From positions 1 to 46,017 of the forward strand of contig JBIIPZ010000027.1 in the NCBI GenBank assembly GCA_044342325.1: 46,017 nt of DNA. The letters are read 5' to 3'. The first letter of the stretch is position 1. Each line of letters begins with the position of its first letter. Source of the DNA: Terrimicrobiaceae bacterium. GTDB taxonomy: Bacteria; Verrucomicrobiota; Verrucomicrobiia; Chthoniobacterales; Terrimicrobiaceae. The translations under genes were made by a program, and so were the position numbers. The notes under the pieces were generated by a model. It did not search any database and was not told the DNA's origin. It saw only the letters and a list, made by a program, of their open reading frames with translations. Positions 31,338-39,179 of the stretch are shown here, one piece after another.

Positions 31338-32081
31338 TCAAGCGGGAATCTTTGCCAGAAATGCCGCGCCGATAATGCCGGCGTCGTTCTGCATTTTTGC
31401 CGGCTGAATGAGGACATCGGTTTTCGCGGTGAGGTAGGGGAGGAATTTATCGGCTTTTTTGCTGATGCCGCCGCCTATGATGAAAAGCTCGGGGGAGAAA
31501 AGCGTTTCAAGAGTGTCGAGGTATTCGCTCACGATTTTCGCCCATTTTTTGTAGGACATTTCCTTCTCCTCGCGAACCCGCTCGGAGCAGCGTTTCTCCG
31601 CGTCCTTGCCACGGAGTTGGATGTGGCCAAGTTCGGCATTCGGAACGAGGACGCCGTTGTGGAAGATGGCTGAGCCAATGCCAGTGCCGAATGTGAGCAT
31701 GATGACGACGCCGCGTTTACCCTGTCCCGTGCCGAAGTGCATTTCCGCAATACCTGCGGCATCGGCGTCGTTGACGACCGTGACAGGACCGCCGAGGTGG
31801 CGGTGGAAAAGTTTGGCGGCATCCACCTGCAGCCATGAGTGGTCCACATTGGTGGCGGAGTAGATGACGCTTTTTTTTACAATGCCCGGAAATGTGACTC
31901 CCGTGGGGCCTTTGTATTTAAAGTGGGAGGCGATCTGGCCCACCACATCGGCAACCGCATTTGGCAACGCGGGCTTGGGCGTAGGAATGCGGAATCTCTC
32001 GGCGAGGAGTTCGCCAGTGGCAACATTGACCGGCGCGCCTTTGATGCCGGTGCCTCCGATATCGATGCCAAGGACGGTCAT
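31338..32081 (-). CDS. ppgK: Polyphosphate glucokinase (ROK family)
   Basis: [50 protein letters not shown]. Confidence 0.88.
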   Translation of the reverse strand: MTVLGIDIGGTGIKGAPVNVATGELLAERFRIPTPKPALPNAVADVVGQIASHFKYKGPTGVTFPGIVKKSVIYSATNVDHSWLQVDAAKLFHRHLGGPVTVVNDADAAGIAEMHFGTGQGKRGVVIMLTFGTGIGSAIFHNGVLVPNAELGHIQLRGKDAEKRCSERVREEKEMSYKKWAKIVSEYLDTLETLFSPELFIIGGGISKKADKFLPYLTAKTDVLIQPAKMQNDAGIIGAAFLAKIPA

Positions 32082-32087
32082 GGTATT

Positions 32088-32654
32088 TTAGATTTCGGTT
32101 CCGACAATTTTGCGCAGTCTCACCATCCCGCGATGGATGCGGGCCTTGACGGTAGAGAGTGGCTTGTCGATGCGGTCTGAGATTTCTTGTTGGGAGAGGC
32201 CGCTGAAGTAGAGCATTTCGATCACTTCGCGCTGGTCGGGATTTAATTTCATCACAGCCGTGCGGACGAGTTCATTTTTCTCACTCGCACGCAGGCTCTG
32301 CGCCGGGGTGCGGGTATCCATCGACTCGGGATTCTCAAGGCGGACCTCATCCTGGAGGCGCAGGCGGCGCTGGAGGGATCGCAGGCGATCGATTGCCTTA
32401 TTGCGGGTCATTGTGACCAGCCAAGTCACGGGCCTGCCTCGGGAAATGTCATACATGGGGGATTTTTCCCAGAGCATGAAGAGCACTTCCTGGGTGACAT
32501 CCTCGGCATCGGTGTCGTTGTTAAGAACCCTGTGAGCTGTCGAGTAAATGATGCCGATGTGGCGTCGCTGGAAGATGGACAACGCCTCTGCGTCACCTGT
32601 TCCCATGCGCTGGATCAGGTCGACATCGCTGATTTCCGGAAGAAGATCGCTCAC
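32088..32654 (-). CDS. ECF sigma-70 factor (SigK-like)
   Basis: [24 protein letters not shown], region 4 [18 protein letters not shown]. Confidence 0.93.
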   Translation of the reverse strand: MSDLLPEISDVDLIQRMGTGDAEALSIFQRRHIGIIYSTAHRVLNNDTDAEDVTQEVLFMLWEKSPMYDISRGRPVTWLVTMTRNKAIDRLRSLQRRLRLQDEVRLENPESMDTRTPAQSLRASEKNELVRTAVMKLNPDQREVIEMLYFSGLSQQEISDRIDKPLSTVKARIHRGMVRLRKIVGTEI

Positions 32655-32797
32655 GATGGGCTAGAATAAGTGTTGTCTTCCGACATGGCAACCCTTTGTC
32701 GGTTGCACACCTCACATTCCCTCACCCTCAATGCAAATTTGGCCTGGGCCCTATCAAAGCCATCAATGCCGAATAATAGCTCTACGAGAGAGGTTCG

Positions 32798-32833
32798 AAA
32801 AACTCAGACCTCAAAATGGAGCCTGAGTTTTTT
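32798..32833 (-). terminator. Intrinsic terminator downstream of the ABC-F gene, possibly bidirectional
   Basis: aaaaactcag..ctgagtttttt inverted repeat with T-runs on both strands, ~35 bp past the stop. Confidence 0.7.
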
Positions 32834-32867
32834 GTCATGCACACGCGTGCGTGTAATTTCAAAATTG

Positions 32868-34724
32868 CTACTCGCTCGGCTGAGCCTCGCACTCGGCCGC
32901 GCTGGCGAGCCACTCGGAGTTGGCTTTTTCCAAGGCGTCTCCCACATCCGCGAGTTCACGGTTTATTCGCATCGCGATTGTGGGACTGTCATGGGTCTCC
33001 TTCTCCTCCATCTTCATTGTGAGTTCACGCTGGCGTGCCTCGAGAGTTTGGATCTGGACCTCAAGCTCAGCCACACGCCGTTCCCGGGCGCGTTTTTCGG
33101 CGGCCTCCGCCTTGCGGGCCTCCGCTTCGGCGCGGCGCTGGGCCTTGATTTCCTTGAGCCCCATTTTCGGCTGGTCCGAGGTTTTCGAAGGCGTGCTCTC
33201 GGGCTGGAAATTTCCCAACGAGGCAACCGTGCCCGCCCTCACACTGCCGCCGGCGCAGGACTTCTCACGGAAGTAATCGTAATCGCCCGCATACGGGGTG
33301 AGCTTGCCGGCTTGGACATGGATGACCGAAGTCGCGATGGCTCGAATGAAATGCACATCGTGGCTGACGAAAAAGATCGTTCCCTCGTAGGGTTGGAGTG
33401 CCCGGATGAGCGCATCGATGCTCGGCATGTCGAGGTGGGTCGTCGGCTCGTCGAGGAGCAGGAAGTTCGGGGGATCGAGCAGAAGTTTGACCAAGGCCAC
33501 GCGGCTTTTCTCCCCGCCGCTCAGAACGCCGATTGGCTTGAAGACATCATCTCCGCGAAACAAAAACGCTCCCAGCACAGTGCGGGCAGCCTGCTCAGGG
33601 ACGGGGCGTGCGATGGACTGCACTTCGTCGAGCACCGAGCGTTTGGTGTTGAGGCCTTCAGTGCGGTGTTGGGCGAAGTAGCCGATGCCGCAGTTATGCC
33701 CCGGTGTGCGTGTGCCAGCTTGGAGTTCGAGTTGGCCGCCGAGTATTTTGAGTAAAGTGGATTTGCCCGCGCCGTTCGGTCCCACCAGCACGGTGCGTTG
33801 GCCTTTTTCAACCTCCAGATTCAAATCCTCGTAGATTACTTTCTCCCCATAGGATTGGCGTATGCCCTCGAGAGCGATCACTCGCTGCCCGCCTCGGGGA
33901 GGCTGTGGAAAACGGAAACTCACTGTTGCCTCGTCGGACTCTGGTGCCTCGATGCGAACCATGCGGGCGAGTTGCTTGATGCGGTCCTGCGCCTGCGCGG
34001 CTTTACTTGCCTTGGCGCGGAAGCGGTTGATGAAATCCTCGAGGTGCGCGATTTCCTTTTGCTGGTTGCGGTAGGCGGCGAGTTGCTGCTCGTCACGGGC
34101 TTTCTTCTGAATCAAGCAGGCGTCGTAGTTTCCGTTGTAGCGAATGAGTTTGCGGTGCCTGATTTCCACAATGCCACGGCAGATGAGGTTCAGAAATTCC
34201 CGGTCGTGTGAGATCGTAAGAATCGCTCCCGGATACCCCACGAGATGATTTTGGAACCAGCCAAGCGTCTCCAGATCGAGATGGTTAGTGGGTTCGTCCA
34301 GCAGCAGTAAATCCGGCTCCTCGACAAGCAACCGCGCCAAGTGCGCTCTCATGATCCACCCGCCGCTCAACTCGCGCAGTGGACGGTGGAAGTCGCCCTC
34401 GCGAAATGCCAACCCCGCTAAAATGCGCTTCGCCATGGCCTCGGCCCGTCCGTCGGCCTCGTGCCCCGCAGCCAACTCCATCACCGTATCATCGCTCACT
34501 GCGGCTGTCTCCTGAGGCAGGAAGCCAACGCGAGTTCCTCGCTGAAGCGTAACCTGTCCCTCGTCGGGTTCGTCATTCCGCAGAAGAAGCGAAAAGAGCG
34601 TTGATTTCCCTGCGCCATTAGGGCCGATGAGCCCGATACGGTCGCCCGCGTTCACTTGTAGCGCCGCGTCCTCGAAAAGAACCCGCCCGCCAAAAGATTT
34701 TGTCACCTGTGAAAGAGTCAGCAT
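32868..34724 (-). CDS. ABC-F family ribosome-associated ATPase
   Basis: Two NBDs (GPNGAGKST twice, LSGGW, LSGGE, LDEPT twice), PtIM linker, C-terminal coiled coil, no TM. Confidence 0.95.
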   Translation of the reverse strand: MLTLSQVTKSFGGRVLFEDAALQVNAGDRIGLIGPNGAGKSTLFSLLLRNDEPDEGQVTLQRGTRVGFLPQETAAVSDDTVMELAAGHEADGRAEAMAKRILAGLAFREGDFHRPLRELSGGWIMRAHLARLLVEEPDLLLLDEPTNHLDLETLGWFQNHLVGYPGAILTISHDREFLNLICRGIVEIRHRKLIRYNGNYDACLIQKKARDEQQLAAYRNQQKEIAHLEDFINRFRAKASKAAQAQDRIKQLARMVRIEAPESDEATVSFRFPQPPRGGQRVIALEGIRQSYGEKVIYEDLNLEVEKGQRTVLVGPNGAGKSTLLKILGGQLELQAGTRTPGHNCGIGYFAQHRTEGLNTKRSVLDEVQSIARPVPEQAARTVLGAFLFRGDDVFKPIGVLSGGEKSRVALVKLLLDPPNFLLLDEPTTHLDMPSIDALIRALQPYEGTIFFVSHDVHFIRAIATSVIHVQAGKLTPYAGDYDYFREKSCAGGSVRAGTVASLGNFQPESTPSKTSDQPKMGLKEIKAQRRAEAEARKAEAAEKRARERRVAELEVQIQTLEARQRELTMKMEEKETHDSPTIAMRINRELADVGDALEKANSEWLASAAECEAQPSE

Positions 34725-34960
34725 CCAGTTTTGAAAAGCCAGAGAAGTTGGCGAAGCGAAGCCACGCCGTCCAACGCAATTTTCAAAATTCCACGGTTTT
34801 CGCCGCCGGCCTCTTTTCTCGGAGTCATGTGGTTCACATGCACCAAGTCGAGGTCGACAGAGAACCGGGGCATATCGCGTATAAATTGACGGATGTCCGC
34901 GCCACCTTTGAGCGCGAAGAATTTTCCATCAAAAACATCCGGCACCACCCTGGGCGGGAG
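34718..34960 (-). pseudogene. N-terminal relic of an AbiEii/AbiGii-family nucleotidyltransferase toxin (type IV TA)
   Basis: RVVPDVFDGKFFALKGGADIRQFIRDMPRFSVDLDLV matches the AbiEii LKGG..RxSxDxD motif; similarity fades after ~50 aa; in-frame TGA just upstream. Confidence 0.75.
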
Positions 34961-35087
34961 TCCTCGCCCTCATGACCCAAACTTCAAGCACGGAAGACGC
35001 TTCAAGACAGGATTTACAGAATGAGGGGAGAAAATCGCCCTCTCCTAACTAACAAGTCACATCATACTACAGGAAAGAATAATATAA

Positions 35088-35262
35088 AACCACTGATTAC
35101 TCGGATGAACACGGATATGAAGAAATGGGCACGAGTGCATTCGCTGCGCGAATGGGGCAGGGTAAAACAAAAACTCTGCAAGCAGGCTTGCAAGATTTTT
35201 GCTTTTTTCTGCCAATCCCAGCTTGATGGGATCATCCGTGCCCATCTGAGAGATCCGTGGTT
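35088..35262. repeat. Nested imperfect inverted-repeat element
   Basis: Outer 29-bp arms 35088-35116 / 35234-35262 (23/29 match); inner 28-bp arms 35156-35183 / 35186-35213 (21/28). Confidence 0.75.
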
Positions 35263-35410
35263 AGTTCTTCTCCAACCGCGCCCCGCCCGTTGGTTGCTGA
35301 GAAAGAAATACAAAATCTGGTGGAGGTAAAAGAGAAGCGCAGCTGAAAATGGGTCATGCGATGACTATTAAACGCCAAGGTTCATGAATCGCGCGGCAGC
35401 GCGCCAGTCC

Positions 35411-35481
35411 CCCCAAAAAATGATTTTGCTGTCCATGATTATGTCAAAACACTTCCGGCGCTCGTAGCGACGCCGCTACAG
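35411..35481. repeat. Direct repeat copy A flanking the rpn gene, containing a GTAG-type REP (35456-35480)
   Basis: ccccaaaaaatgattttgct..gccgctacag; core matches copy B at 51/61 positions. Confidence 0.85.
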
Positions 35482-35564
35482 AACCCGCCCGGCACCTTAA
35501 TATTGTCAAAATCGTCACATTCCACCCGTTGATGCGATAAAGCCCTTTTCCGAATCCTTTCGCC

Positions 35565-36572
35565 ATGCCGTCTCGCAAGACCACGATTCACCAGCCCCAC
35601 GACAAATTGGTCAAGTCGACCTTTTCGGACCCGGACAACGCCCGCATCTTTTTCCAAGCTCACCTACCGCGCAAGCTCGCCCGCCGAATGGATTGGAACT
35701 CGTTGAGTCTTGTCAGCGGCAGTTTCATCGACCCGGAATTCGCCGCCACCTCGAGCGACCTCCTATTCACTGCGAAAATCGACGGCCAACCTGCCTTACT
35801 CTACATCCTCTTCGAGCACCAGAACCAGGAAGACCCTCTCATCGGCCTGCGCCTGCTCACCTACATCGTCCGCATCTGGAACAACTATCTCCGCAACAAT
35901 CCCGGCGCTACGAAACTCCCTCCCATCCTGCCGCTCGTCCTCGCGCAGGACAACAAACCCTGGAAAAGTTCCACCTGCTTCGCTGACTTGATCGACATTC
36001 CCGAAGGGGCAGGGGAGGACATCAAAAAACACATCCCCGACTTTGAATTCCATCTCGTGGAGTTGTTCCGCATGCCGTATGAAAAAATACTCGGCACGCC
36101 GATGGGGATTCTCACCCTGCGCGCCTTGAAAGCCGAAAAACTCCAAGCCCTGCTTGATGACTCCGTCTGGGACGAATCGCTGTTGATCCAGTTGCCATCG
36201 GCCTCTTTCGAGATGCTGATGCGCTACATCCTGGACCGAGACCTTGACAAGCCCGCCTTTCGCAGGAGACTAAAAACATTACGCAACCCGAAACTCAGTA
36301 AAAACGCCATGTCACTCGCCGAACAATTCCGTCAAGAAGGTCGCGAAGAAACGCGTTCACTCGCCGAACAATTCCGACAAGAAGGCCGCAAAGAAGGTCT
36401 GGTCTTCTCGAAGCAACAAGACATCCTCGAAGCGCTGGAAATCCGTTTCGAACGAGTTCCGGAGGGTCTGCGCGAGGAAATCGAGTTGATCGCCGATACT
36501 GCCAAGCTACAAGAATTGCACCGCGCTGCAATCCGTAGCGCCACGCTCGAAGAATTCGCAGCCGAACTTTAA
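35565..36572 (+). CDS. Rpn/YhgA-family recombination-promoting nuclease (PD-(D/E)XK, Transposase_31)
   Basis: HQPHDKLVK, SFID, SDLLF, YILFEHQ, LPPILPLVL, and a C-terminal MSLAEQFRQEG tail with a DUF4351-like end. Confidence 0.93.
   Translation: MPSRKTTIHQPHDKLVKSTFSDPDNARIFFQAHLPRKLARRMDWNSLSLVSGSFIDPEFAATSSDLLFTAKIDGQPALLYILFEHQNQEDPLIGLRLLTYIVRIWNNYLRNNPGATKLPPILPLVLAQDNKPWKSSTCFADLIDIPEGAGEDIKKHIPDFEFHLVELFRMPYEKILGTPMGILTLRALKAEKLQALLDDSVWDESLLIQLPSASFEMLMRYILDRDLDKPAFRRRLKTLRNPKLSKNAMSLAEQFRQEGREETRSLAEQFRQEGRKEGLVFSKQQDILEALEIRFERVPEGLREEIELIADTAKLQELHRAAIRSATLEEFAAEL
36309..36572 (+). CDS. Candidate in-frame small Rpn protein (intragenic antitoxin, 87 aa)
   Basis: In-frame ATG at MSLAEQF, equivalent to the M-T-I-A-E internal start of characterised Rpn proteins; A-rich upstream context. 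Confidence 0.5.
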   Translation: MSLAEQFRQEGREETRSLAEQFRQEGRKEGLVFSKQQDILEALEIRFERVPEGLREEIELIADTAKLQELHRAAIRSATLEEFAAEL

Positions 36573-36941
36573 GCCTACGCTGCCCGGCAGACCCACGCGG
36601 CAGCCCGCAGACCCTTGGAGGGGGCACCTTTGCCTTGCTCGCGCCCAGCTCGCTTCGCCCTTCGGGCGATTTGCGATGTGCTTCCTCTGCACCGCCCGGG
36701 GCTTCGGTTGGCATGGTCCAAATATTCCCACGAAAGCTGCCGAATCACTCCCGGACACTTCCCTGCCCAAAAAGCTCCCGTTCCACACCCAGCACCAGCT
36801 CGCTTGATACTGCCATGCACCTCTCGGACGCCGCTTCTCTCCGGCCCAGGGCGTTACGAGCTGGAAGCGCGCCTGAAAAATGGTCAAGCGAGGACGATGA
36901 ACCCAGTGTCACGCCGTAGCCGCGAAGCGCGTAGGCGGATT

Positions 36942-37013
36942 CCCCAAAAAAATGATTTTGCTATCAATGATTTTGTCAAACCACCCCCGGCGCTCATAGA
37001 AATGCCGCTACAG
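36942..37013. repeat. Direct repeat copy B flanking the rpn gene, containing a REP (36988-37012)
   Basis: ccccaaaaaaatgattttgctatcaatgattttgtcaaaccacccccggcgctcatagaaatgccgctacag. Confidence 0.85.
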
Positions 37014-37054
37014 GAGCCGCGCCTGAACTAGCAGCGATCCAGTTGAACTCGCTC

Positions 37055-38206
37055 TCAGCGGGACCAAGAAGGCTCGGAGACTTTGCCAAGGCCTGAGATG
37101 ACCGGAGTGCGGCGGCCTTTGAGTGTGTCGAGGAGCATGATGGACGATCCGTCGCTGTAAATAACATGGCGGGAGTCGGCTCCCCAAGCGGGATCTTGTC
37201 CTTCCGCGACGATGCGTGCTGCGCCGGTGGCGAGGTCCATCACCGCGATAGCGAAGCCGCCTTGGCGGACTGTGAAGGCGATTTTTTTGCCATCGGGCGA
37301 CCAGCTTGGCTCTGTGCAGTAACCAAAGCCGGTCGGAACGAGTCGTCCCACGCCGCCGGCGGCACTGATGCGGTAAAGTTGGGGGCCGCCGCGTTCGTCG
37401 GAGGAGTAAATGATCTCTCCGCCGTCTGGTGACCAAGATGGCGAGGACTCGACGCCGCGGGTGCGGGTGAGACGGCGTCCACCGCTGCCGTTCGCAGCCA
37501 CGATGTAGAGCTCGGGGTTGCCGTCTTTGCTCAGCGTGCAGGCGATGCGGCCACCTTCGGGTGAAAAGCTGGCGCCGGAGTTTGTGCCGGGGAAGCTAAG
37601 GATTTTCGAGCGTGCGCCTGAGGCGATGTCGACATTGTAGATATCCGCGTAGCCGCTCTGGTAGCCGGTGTAGGCGAGTTTGGAAGCGTCGGGTGAGATG
37701 GCGGGAGCGACGCTGATAGCCTTGTCCTGCGTGATCTGGCGTTGGTTGGCGCCGTCGTAGTCTGCAGAGTAGATTTCCTTTGCGCCACTTCGGTTGCTCA
37801 CGAAGACGATCTTGGAGTTGGCGATGCCTTTTCCGCCTGTGAGCGTCTCCACGATATCATCCGAAAATTGATGCGCGGCCGTGCGAGTATTGGCCGAGTA
37901 GTTTTTCTGGAGAACCACGCTGCCGCGGTTGTCTGTCACTACGCCTTGCAGCGAGCCGCCGGAGGCCGTCGCACTCACGACGAAGTTCGCCCGCTCTGGG
38001 ATTCCGATGGAAAAAAGCCCGGAGAGGTCGAGATCATTACCTACCACTTTACCGGCAATGGCTGCATCAGGACCAGCGAAGGGTTTGATCGAGATGTTCA
38101 GGGTGTCGCTCTTCTTGACGGTGATGGTGGCTTCTTCCTGAGCCTGAAGGAACGGGCTGCAGAGAACGAGGGCGAGAATCGTTGAGAGGGTGCGGATGTA
38201 TTTCAT
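37055..38206 (-). CDS. tolB: Tol-Pal beta-propeller protein TolB
   Basis: Signal peptide, TolB-N (DLDLSGLF; AHQFSDDIVETLTG), PD40 repeats (SPDAS, FSPEG, WSPDG). Confidence 0.88.
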   Translation of the reverse strand: MKYIRTLSTILALVLCSPFLQAQEEATITVKKSDTLNISIKPFAGPDAAIAGKVVGNDLDLSGLFSIGIPERANFVVSATASGGSLQGVVTDNRGSVVLQKNYSANTRTAAHQFSDDIVETLTGGKGIANSKIVFVSNRSGAKEIYSADYDGANQRQITQDKAISVAPAISPDASKLAYTGYQSGYADIYNVDIASGARSKILSFPGTNSGASFSPEGGRIACTLSKDGNPELYIVAANGSGGRRLTRTRGVESSPSWSPDGGEIIYSSDERGGPQLYRISAAGGVGRLVPTGFGYCTEPSWSPDGKKIAFTVRQGGFAIAVMDLATGAARIVAEGQDPAWGADSRHVIYSDGSSIMLLDTLKGRRTPVISGLGKVSEPSWSR

Positions 38207-38248
38207 AAGGATGGTGTTTTTCTGTCAAAGGCGGTGGCTTTTGACAAG

Positions 38249-39073
38249 TCAGGATCGGAAGCGCTTGCCCAGTGGAAAGGTGCCGAGAATCGAGATCGAA
38301 CGGGCTTGGCGCTTGGCCAGTTTCAATGCATGCGCCACGCCGGGATCGCTCTCCGCGCCCTCGACTTCGATGTAGAATATATAGGTCTGCGGTTGGCCAG
38401 GCACGGGGCGCGAGACGATGCGAGTGAGGCTGACCTTCTGCCTTGCAAACGGACCGAGGAATTTATGGAGGCTCCCGCATTGGTTCAGCAGGGTGGCAAC
38501 GAGTGCCGTTCGGTCTGCTGGGACCCCTGAAGCGGGCTTGCGGGCGATGGTGAAAAAATTCGTCACATTGACTTCCTGTCCGTCTGAGGGCGTGGCGAGG
38601 ATGTCTAGTTTGTAAATGCCGGCCGCGCCTGGCGAAGCGAGGGCTGCAGCCTTGGGATCGGCGGCGGCCCGCTCGGATGCAGTAGCCGTGCTTGCCACTG
38701 GCACCAAGGTCGCTTCGGGATGGTGGATTTTCAGCCACTCGGCGTGGTGCTTGATCTGGGTGAAATGCGAATAAACCGTCTTGATTGGCGTCCCCTTGCG
38801 GCCGAGGAGGGCGATACGGATATCAAGGGCGAGTTCCTCCAAAATATAAATCGACCCCGCATGGCGAATGAGCAGGTCGATCGTATCGTAAACCGTGCCT
38901 CCCGACGAATTCTCGACCGGCACAAGCCCAAGAGGCGTTGCGCCGCTCAGAACGCTCTCGAAAACCCCCTCGATTGCTGTGCTGGCGATGAGGTCGGCTT
39001 TTTTTCCGAATCTTTGGCGGGCGAGTATGCCCGAGAAGGTTCCCTCGGGTCCGAGATAGGCGACTTGGCTCAT
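38249..39073 (-). CDS. pheA: Prephenate dehydratase with ACT domain
   Basis: VAYLGPEGTFS, VPVENS, NVTNF (TRF-like), IVSRP; no chorismate mutase domain. Confidence 0.9.
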   Translation of the reverse strand: MSQVAYLGPEGTFSGILARQRFGKKADLIASTAIEGVFESVLSGATPLGLVPVENSSGGTVYDTIDLLIRHAGSIYILEELALDIRIALLGRKGTPIKTVYSHFTQIKHHAEWLKIHHPEATLVPVASTATASERAAADPKAAALASPGAAGIYKLDILATPSDGQEVNVTNFFTIARKPASGVPADRTALVATLLNQCGSLHKFLGPFARQKVSLTRIVSRPVPGQPQTYIFYIEVEGAESDPGVAHALKLAKRQARSISILGTFPLGKRFRS

Positions 39074-39179
39074 GTGTGCGTGATTAAACCACAAACCGCC
39101 TGCATGGCGCAAACTCAAGACAGGCGGCGTGGGATAAAAAAGGCTTTCGCAGATGGTCGCACCTGCTTTAGCTCATGGC

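Noticed and set aside
32787..32816. preQ1-like AGAGGTTC..CCTC motif
   Set aside because: Wrong strand and context, lacks the conserved 3' tail, and is better explained as the ABC-F terminator.
35318..35329. tRNA/tmRNA 3'-end remnant (att site), reverse complement TTACCTCCACCA
   Set aside because: Only 8 nt match the local tRNA-Ala end and no T-arm follows; too short to separate from chance.
35021..35329. 102-aa and antisense ORFs over the palindromic element
   Set aside because: Peptides such as ITRMNTD and IRAHLRDPW are translations of the periodic repeat arms; no protein-family signal.
35370..35405. Half attC site (AACgccaagg..cgcgcggcagcgcg)
   Set aside because: No complementary right arm or GTT box found.
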